Below the pieces are notes generated by a model. The model had not been told where the DNA came from and made no database searches. It saw only the letters and a list, made by a program, of their open reading frames with translations. Source: a virus. Taken from it: 64,000 nt of DNA. The position numbers were made by a program, and so were the translations under genes. The first letter of the stretch is position 1; every line of letters begins with the position of its first letter. This document shows, one piece after another, positions 1-7,900 of the stretch. Location: the IMG/VR virus record IMGVR_UViG_3300025162_000041, positions 18,908-82,907 of that record. One strand, given 5' to 3'.

Positions 1-123
1 TTCCCTCGCCGTCCGTTATAATGGAACCTCCCCAAATGTATATGGAAGGCGCGTTTATGTCGATCCTTCGGGAGTCAAAACTACTTATTCATAAGGTTTT
101 AGGATATTTCATTCTATATTTAC

Positions 124-1387
124 ATTCTTGGAGTCAGAAAGCCCCTTCGGCTTTAGCCAAGGGGATGAATGACGACCATATTAAGGAAATAAAAATAAAA
201 TGACATTTTCCTTAAAGTCAATGATATGTATGTCCGTGAATGTAAAACGAAACTACAAGTTTAGGTTGTCTCCCAAAGGAGGAACGCTGACCCGTCTTGA
301 ACAGACGAGAGAAACTTGTCGCTACGTCTATAACCAACTCCTTGAGAAGCGAAACGACCACTATGAGAAAACCAAGAAGACACTCACTCATTTTGATTGT
401 TGTAAAGTGATTAAGGAGATGGAACTGAAAACTCCAGTCCATTCCCAAGTCCTCCAAAACGTATCTGCACGACTTGACCTTGCCTATCTTGGGTTCTTCC
501 GTAGGTTGAAGGATAAGACAGGTAAAGCAGGATTTCCACGATTTAAGTCCTATGACCGATATGACTCATTCACTTTTCCACAAACGGGTTTTAAGTTGAC
601 TCCAAAGAAACTTTGGATGTCCAAGATTGGTGATGTTCGGATTAACCTCCACCGCAAAATGGAAGGTAAGATTAAGACCCTGACCATTAAACGTGAAGGC
701 AATCATTGGTATGCTATTTTCTCATGTGAGGTTGAGATTAAACCAGAAGTTAAGAAGTGGAAACGAGCAGTTGGTATTGACGTTGGATGTATTGACTTTG
801 CCACTTGTTCCGATGGGACGATCATTTCTCATCCTCATTTCTTACGACAATCTTCCGAGAAACTTTCCAAAATCCAAGGTAAGTATTCCAAACTAAAAAA
901 GAAACCAAGGGATGATAAGCAGAAGATTAAGACCAAGAGAGCATTGGTATCGGTTCATTGCAAAATAAAGAACCAACGAAAAGATTTCCTACACAAGTTG
1001 AGCAAGAAGTTCGTAAGCGAATACTCTCATATTTGCGTGGAGGATATTAAACCAAGTCAGATGTTGAATGACAACTGGCGAAGTTTGAATAAGAGCATAT
1101 TGGACTCAGGATGGACTACGTTTAGACAAATGCTACATAGCAAAGCGGTAGATGCTGGTTGTGAAGTGAATGACGTAAATCCTGCCTATACGAGTCAGAT
1201 GTGTTCTGGTTGTGGCAACATTGAGATAAAGAAACTCTCTGATAGGCAACACAAATGTAATCTTTGTGGATTGGACATTGGAAGAGATTTGAATGCTGCA
1301 CGAAACATTTTAAGAGTCGGAATGGACTCTTTTGCTTCCAAAAGAAGCATGGAAGCCCCTATCCCTTTAGGGTAGGGGAGCATTCAC
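124..1387 (+). mobile_element. IS200/IS605-family element carrying tnpB only (no tnpA)
   Basis: Left end: TTAC target at 120-123, then AAAG guide and hairpin cccctt-cggctttagcc-aagggg. Right end: GAAG, hairpin cccctatccc-ttta-gggtagggg, then TCAC ending at 1387. The tnpB ORF lies between them. Confidence 0.9.
230..1375 (+). CDS. tnpB: TnpB RNA-guided endonuclease
   Basis: N-terminal YKFRL/RYVYN helix-turn-helix region; RuvC motifs GIDVG, VEDI and RDLNAA all intact; zinc finger CSGCG...CNLCG. ATG at 230 preferred over 200. Confidence 0.95.
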   Translation: MSVNVKRNYKFRLSPKGGTLTRLEQTRETCRYVYNQLLEKRNDHYEKTKKTLTHFDCCKVIKEMELKTPVHSQVLQNVSARLDLAYLGFFRRLKDKTGKAGFPRFKSYDRYDSFTFPQTGFKLTPKKLWMSKIGDVRINLHRKMEGKIKTLTIKREGNHWYAIFSCEVEIKPEVKKWKRAVGIDVGCIDFATCSDGTIISHPHFLRQSSEKLSKIQGKYSKLKKKPRDDKQKIKTKRALVSVHCKIKNQRKDFLHKLSKKFVSEYSHICVEDIKPSQMLNDNWRSLNKSILDSGWTTFRQMLHSKAVDAGCEVNDVNPAYTSQMCSGCGNIEIKKLSDRQHKCNLCGLDIGRDLNAARNILRVGMDSFASKRSMEAPIPLG

Positions 1388-1408
1388 TCATGTGAAAGGA
1401 AGAACGTT

Positions 1409-2053
1409 ATGTATAAAGGCAAGACAAACATAGAAATTGTAAAAAGTTATTTGGAAGGAGAAAAGTTATTTCCTGTATTCGGTTATACTGGCAAAGAATA
1501 CGTCAAACGAGCCATAGGAGAGCGTTGGATTGATAAATCGAATCAAGAGTGGGAGCAGAAGGCAGGTGGCCCTCAGAAGATCAATAGGGTGGCAAATATC
1601 GTGCGTGCGGCTATTGGCAATCAAAAATGCCGATGTGGTCAACAAATTCGGTGGGGTACTAAATTAGATAGATTATTTTTTAACAAAACTGGATTATGTG
1701 AAGGATGCCTCATTGATTATGAAACTAAATTACGTGTGTTGGGTATTTACAACGATTACGAGAAATACAAACTAGCTTCCAATGAACTTGGACATGTCAA
1801 GGACATGAAAACCAAAATCCGCGAGACAATTAAGTATTTCGAGTCCGATGACACCGACGTTAAGATGCTGTGTAATTCCGAAGGGTTCGTGGAGAGATGG
1901 AGGACAACCAATATCGAAGATATTCTTAAAGATGCCAGGAAAGATTTGAAGGAGGCTCATCAACGTATTGTTGCGCTAGTGAGAATTCGGGACGAACAAA
2001 AAGTAAAGTATATCGAGGCTTGCGCCAAATATAAATTGGAAACTATATGCTAG
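1409..2053 (+). CDS. hypothetical protein upstream of terminase (CxC...CxxC motif)
   Basis: 214-aa ORF with RBS-like aaggaag; overlaps the terminase start. Confidence 0.75.
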   Translation: MYKGKTNIEIVKSYLEGEKLFPVFGYTGKEYVKRAIGERWIDKSNQEWEQKAGGPQKINRVANIVRAAIGNQKCRCGQQIRWGTKLDRLFFNKTGLCEGCLIDYETKLRVLGIYNDYEKYKLASNELGHVKDMKTKIRETIKYFESDDTDVKMLCNSEGFVERWRTTNIEDILKDARKDLKEAHQRIVALVRIRDEQKVKYIEACAKYKLETIC

Positions 2054-4878
2054 ATGGAAAAATCTCCTATCAAGACCTAATCCGAGAGGAATATAAAAAG
2101 TGCTTAGAGTCACCAGTGTACTTTATGAAGCAGTATGTCAAAATCAAACACCCAATGCGGGGTACGATTCTTTTTGACTTGTTCAAATTCCAAGAGGAAA
2201 CTCTACAAGCTTTTCACGATTATAAGTTCAATATTATCCTCAAATCCCGACAAATGGGTATTTCAACCCTTGTTGCTTCGTATTCCTTATGGCTGATGAT
2301 TTTCCATAAGGATAAGACTGTTCTTTTGATTTCGTTAAAGCAAGATGATGCCAAAGATGTTTTGACTAAGGTTCGGGATGCTTATAAAGAACTTCCCAAC
2401 TGGCTCAAGATTCAATGTAGCGAAGATAATCGTCTGTCCATTCGGTTTTCCAATGGCTCGCGCATTCAAGCTGCCTCTACTACGAAAAAATCAGGTGTAG
2501 GTCAAGCCCTTTCTCTTCTGATTATTGATGAAGCTGCACTCATTGAAGATGCCGAAGACCTGTGGACATCTGCACAACCAACATTGTCAACCGGTGGAAA
2601 CGCCATCGTTCTTTCAACCCCCCGAGGAGTAGGAGGATGGTTTCATAAAATATGGCAGGGCGCATCCGATGATAACCAAGATGGCACCGTAGGGAGAAAT
2701 GGATTCCATCCTATTACTCTCCCGTGGCAGCTTCACCCCGAACGGGACGATGAATGGCGCAGAATTGAAGGCGAAAAACAAGGTAATCCTAAAAAGGCGT
2801 CACAAGAATATGACTGCAATTTCCTCTCATCTGGTGATAACGTCGTTGACCTCAATATCATTGAGTTCTATAAGAAAAATAAGGCGTGTGATCCTGTAGA
2901 ATGTCGGGGCATGGGTAAGAACCTATGGATTTGGGAGTATCCTGATAGAAGTCATGTCTATGTTGTATGTTTGCCATCTGGAGAATCGGTATTAACAGAA
3001 ATGGGGGTTAAAAGAATAGAAGATGTGACTTATGAGGATAAGCTCATTGATAAGGATGGTTATATTACAAATATCGAGGATATAAAGGTTAGACTATATA
3101 ACGGGAAAATATATGAAATAACTCCTTCCAATACATTTCGAACAACAAAATTTACAGATGAACATCCGATTTTTGTAAGTCAAACTTCCAAATTAAATAG
3201 GATGTATAAAAAGGATGATATAAATTATAGGTTTAATCAGAGATATTGGGAACATGATTTTAAGTTTGTAGATGCCAAAGATGTAAAGAAAAATGATTGG
3301 ATACGTTTTCCAAACATTTATACAAAAAATAAACTGGATAGTTTAAGTATAATGTGGAAAGAGTTTGAGAATATAGGAAGAATTGATTTTCAAATTAAAG
3401 ATAATCCATTTTTGAATGAGGATTTTTGGTGGTTTGTTGGTATTTGGTTGGCTGAGGGGTGGTGTTATACAGATAAAAGCGGAAATGTTACAATTCATAC
3501 GGCACATAACTCAAGCGAAACTATTATTATAAATAAATTGCGACGTATTGTTTTTGATCTGTTTGACAGAACTTTGCTTGTTATGCCAACAGAAAATAAT
3601 ACAACTGTATGTCAATTTGGATCTAAACAAATCGGGACGTTGTTAGAAAAATATTTTGGAAAGTATGCTGGAGGAAAGTTTATCTCGGAACGCATAAAAT
3701 ATATCTCTCAAAATGAGAAAATACAATTGATCAATGGATATATTGCCGGAGACGGATGTGTTTTAGCTAATAAGCGAGGAGCAAAATCTATAAAAATAAC
3801 ATCAATATCATTAAGATTACTAGAAGATATTCAAGATATGCTATTTTCATTAGGATGTGTTTCTTCTCTTAATTTATTGCGGGTAAAAAAACAAGCGAAG
3901 ATAAGAGAAAAAAATATAAACCAAAAACAAGCATATTCGTTAACTATTTCGGATTATGGATGTAAATGTTTAATATTAGGGCATTTGCCAAAATCTAAAT
4001 CTCAACGAACGGCGGATTGTTATTTAAGCCCGGATAATCAATATATTTATTTTCGTGTAAAAAAAGTAAAAGAGATGTTTTATTGTGGGGAGGTTCATAA
4101 TTTCACGACAAAATCTGGTACTTTTTTGTGTGAAAATATAACCACTCATAATTGTGCCGATGTAGCCCGTGGCGATGGCGCTGATTATTCGGCATGTCAT
4201 GTTTTAGACATCAGTAGAGAAAAACCAGTCCAAGTCGCCGAATACAAGGGTAAAATTAGTACTAAAGATTTTGGTGATTTTCTTGTAGCATTAGCAACTG
4301 AGTATAATAGCGGTTTGCTCGTGATTGAACGTGAAAATGTTGGATGGGGCACTATTCAAGAAGTTCTTGATCGGGGTTATCCAAATACTTTTTATAGTTC
4401 CGCAGACCTTAAGTATGTTGAAGTTCAACGTCAACTGAATAATAATTGGGCCGCCGAGGACAAAAAACTTGTCCCAGGATTCAGCACAAACGTCAGAACT
4501 CGTCCTCTCATAGTTGATAATATGGAGCATTACATGCGACATATGGCTGTTGAAATTCGCTCAAAACGCACCCTTGCAGAACTAGAGACCTTCGTTTGGA
4601 AGAATGGTAAACAAATCGCAATGGAGGGCTACAACGACGACTTAACGATGGCTCTCTGTATTGGTTTGTGGGTCCGTGATACAGCCCTTCGCTTACGTCA
4701 AGAAGGAGTCGAATTAACTAAGATTGCTGTAAGTGGAATGACTAAAGATAAAATGGATCAAACACCATTCTATAAAGTGAAACAAGCCCAGACAGGCCAT
4801 AATGCGTGGACAATGAATACGGGACGCCAAGGCTTCGGCAAACAAAATCAAGAGGATTTACGTTGGCTTATCGGCTAA
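2047..4878 (+). CDS. terL: terminase large subunit (T4 gp17-like), intein-containing
   Basis: Walker A-like KSRQMGIST, Walker B LLIIDEAA, coupling motif LSTPRG, nuclease motifs ADVARG, DYS and NDDL. Confidence 0.95.
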   Translation: MLDGKISYQDLIREEYKKCLESPVYFMKQYVKIKHPMRGTILFDLFKFQEETLQAFHDYKFNIILKSRQMGISTLVASYSLWLMIFHKDKTVLLISLKQDDAKDVLTKVRDAYKELPNWLKIQCSEDNRLSIRFSNGSRIQAASTTKKSGVGQALSLLIIDEAALIEDAEDLWTSAQPTLSTGGNAIVLSTPRGVGGWFHKIWQGASDDNQDGTVGRNGFHPITLPWQLHPERDDEWRRIEGEKQGNPKKASQEYDCNFLSSGDNVVDLNIIEFYKKNKACDPVECRGMGKNLWIWEYPDRSHVYVVCLPSGESVLTEMGVKRIEDVTYEDKLIDKDGYITNIEDIKVRLYNGKIYEITPSNTFRTTKFTDEHPIFVSQTSKLNRMYKKDDINYRFNQRYWEHDFKFVDAKDVKKNDWIRFPNIYTKNKLDSLSIMWKEFENIGRIDFQIKDNPFLNEDFWWFVGIWLAEGWCYTDKSGNVTIHTAHNSSETIIINKLRRIVFDLFDRTLLVMPTENNTTVCQFGSKQIGTLLEKYFGKYAGGKFISERIKYISQNEKIQLINGYIAGDGCVLANKRGAKSIKITSISLRLLEDIQDMLFSLGCVSSLNLLRVKKQAKIREKNINQKQAYSLTISDYGCKCLILGHLPKSKSQRTADCYLSPDNQYIYFRVKKVKEMFYCGEVHNFTTKSGTFLCENITTHNCADVARGDGADYSACHVLDISREKPVQVAEYKGKISTKDFGDFLVALATEYNSGLLVIERENVGWGTIQEVLDRGYPNTFYSSADLKYVEVQRQLNNNWAAEDKKLVPGFSTNVRTRPLIVDNMEHYMRHMAVEIRSKRTLAELETFVWKNGKQIAMEGYNDDLTMALCIGLWVRDTALRLRQEGVELTKIAVSGMTKDKMDQTPFYKVKQAQTGHNAWTMNTGRQGFGKQNQEDLRWLIG
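2968..4152 (+). mobile_element. intein with LAGLIDADG homing endonuclease in terminase (395 aa)
   Basis: Begins CLPSGESV and ends ITTHN|C; block B TDEHP; LAGLIDADG motifs GIWLAEG and GYIAGDG. Confidence 0.93.
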
Positions 4879-4886
4879 TCCGAACA

Positions 4887-4894
4887 TATTTATA
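4887..4894 (+). promoter_or_regulatory. putative late promoter TATTTATA upstream of portal (representative of about 16 gene-upstream copies)
   Basis: The same octamer occurs on the coding strand just upstream of many structural genes (see findings). Confidence 0.65.
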
Positions 4895-4936
4895 GAATAG
4901 GCCAATAATACATACACACTAATAGAAAGAAATATT

Positions 4937-7900
4937 ATGCCAACAAATACTAACATGTCGCTCAAGCCATTCGACGATGAAATACTCGATGTAAAAAAAC
5001 AGTCGCTATATGCAAGATTAAAAAGACTGTTTTCTACAGACGTTATCGTGCGTAACGTCGGCGGTAAACAACTGAAAATAAAAGATACCGATAGCATTAT
5101 GTATGCTACGGATAGAAATAGTCTACGAGACCGCTTTAATCGTATCCGTAGCACAGCCTATAATGCTTATACCCGTGACTTCGCCCTGTCATATCAAGCC
5201 GCAAGAATGGACTTGTTTCGTGACTACGATTGCGTAGGGCCAGATACAATTATTCCACTGCCAGATGGGTCAAGACCTACTATTAAGGAGTTAACAGAAA
5301 AATATAAAGATAAGCCGCAGGAACGATTTTATGTGTTTTCTTATGACCACGAAACCGATTCAATTAAACTTGGTCGTGCGTTTCATCCTAGAAAGAAAGG
5401 CGGCGGAACTAGAGAAGGATTTAAAGTAACTTTTGATGATGGACAATACGTTATTGGAAGTATTAAACATCCATTCTTAATGCGAAATGGCGAGTATAAG
5501 ATGATTTATGATCTTAAAGTTGGTGATTCAGTGATGCCGTTTTATCAAAAGGATTTTTATGGTCATGGTTATAGACATTTGTATAATTTTAGTAGGGGCT
5601 GGCAATCTGAACATAAAATTGTAGCAGAACAATTTGAAAGACCATTAAAAGAGAATGAGGTGGTTCACCATAGAAACTTTAATAAAACCAACAATTCCCC
5701 CGATAATCTTCAGATAATGATAGAGTCGGAACATAAAGCATATCATTGTAAAATCATTGCGGATAAATTGTGGTCACCAGAAAATAAGCAAAAAACTATA
5801 AACAAGGTTCAAGCATCAGAGGGATATAAGAATAGAAAATGTCATAAATGGAATGGTGAAAGACAAGGAGGAAATAATCCGTTTTATGGAAAAACTCATA
5901 CCGAAGAATCTAATGAAAAACGTTCAAAAACACTAAAAGAAGTGTTTGTAAATAGAGATCAAAACGGGAATAAAAATCCAAAATATAGAAAGGATTTAAC
6001 TATAGAAGTTCTGAGAATAAAAGCGAACGAATACTATAAAAAGAATGGTAAATTGACTTTATGGGGACTTATAAAGGATATAGGATGTGATTATACGACT
6101 ATTCAAAATAGGTTTAGATATTATAATTGTGATTGGGATACATTCAAAAATGATGTAGTTTCTACTTTGAATCATAAGATCAAATCTATTGAATCCATTG
6201 GTCAAATAGATGTATATGATGTTACAGTTGAACAGTTTGCGAACTTTGCTACTGATAGTGTTTTCGTAAAAAATACAATGGACATGGACCCGATCCTAAG
6301 TTGCCTATCTGGAGACACTTGCATATCGACGTTAAATGGGTTTGTTCCGATAAAAGAGTTGGCGGAGAAATATTCGGGAGATGAAACATTTAAAGTATGG
6401 TCGTGGGATAAAGATAGTCAAAAGTTGACAGTGGGAAATGCTCATCATCCCAGAAAAACAGGAACTAAAAGTGTAATAGAAGTACATTTGGATAATAGAG
6501 AGGTATTAAAATGTACTTCTGACCACAGAATAATGTTAGTTGATGGAACATATAAAGAAGCTGGCCAACTGATGAGCGGAGACTCATTGATGCCTTTTTA
6601 TCATAGGCAAAATCGAAATGGGTATCAAGAAATAAAATCTTTGGGAAAACGATTTAAATGTACACATCGTTACATTTTTGAAGATGTTCTAACCGAACAA
6701 GATTTGGTCGGCAGTAACATTCATCATAAAAATCATAATAAGTTAGATAACAGGTTGGAGAATTTGGAATTGATGACGGCGCTTGAACACATGAGGTTAC
6801 ACGGCATTTCTCCTATAACTAAAGGGAAAAAATCTATAAATTCAAAGGAGTGGTGGGAAAATTTAGAATATAGAACCAAATGTTCTGGTGCGTTAAAAAA
6901 ATATCAAGCATCTGACGAAGGGAAGAAAATGATGTCAGAACATACGTCGCTTATCAATACAGAACGATGGAAAAATGATTCCGATTATGCATTAAAAATG
7001 GCATCCATATTTTCCGAACATGCAAAGTCAATGTGGAGTGATCCTGTGTGGAAAGAATGGAAACGTAAAAAACACTCTGAGACAATGCGATTGAAATATG
7101 CGAATGATCCGATTTTTAGAGAACAAATAAAACGAGTGGGGCATGAAAATGGACGATACAAAGATTTAGTTACTACGGAATCTATTTTAATAGAGGGAAC
7201 AAAATATAACTCGTTAGTAGAATTTGCAAGAATCTTTGACTTCAACGGACTTGTATTTAAGAACGACCAATATAAATGCCAATTCATATCACGAAGATTG
7301 AAAGAAGCGGGGTATGATGGATGGACCGATTATAGAAATAAATTCGAATATTCTAATCACAAAGTAACGAAGATTGTCGATAACAATGAAGTTGTGGATG
7401 TATATGATTTGACGGTAGATATATACGAAAATTTCGCGATTAAACAAGGTATAATTTTGTCGAACAGTGCATTAGATATTTTTTCAGACGAATGCCTTAC
7501 GTATAATGAAGTAGGCAAGATGATTACTGTTCACTCGACCAACAACAATGTCAAGCGAATTCTTGAGAATTTATTTGATGAGATTCTCAATGTTCGGTTT
7601 AATTTATGGTCATGGACTCGCAACATGCCAGTGAAGTATGATTCTTATATTCCATTATTGTCGGGTGAAAATATAAGAATAGATGAGTTGTCTAAGAGAG
7701 TAAAATCCGGAGAGGAAATATGGGTATATTCTGTTCAAGATGGAACCAATCAAACTGTGCCTGGCAAAGTAATTTGGTGTGATAAAAATTATATATCGGA
7801 TAAAACAATAAAAGTAATATTTGACGATAACTCATATGTAGAAACTGCACCCGAACATCCTTTTATATTGCGAGATGGCCAAGAAAAACGAGCGGAGGAA

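Noticed and set aside
230-1375. Catalytically dead TnpB (TldR-like regulator)
   Set aside because: All three RuvC acidic residues (D, E, D) are present.
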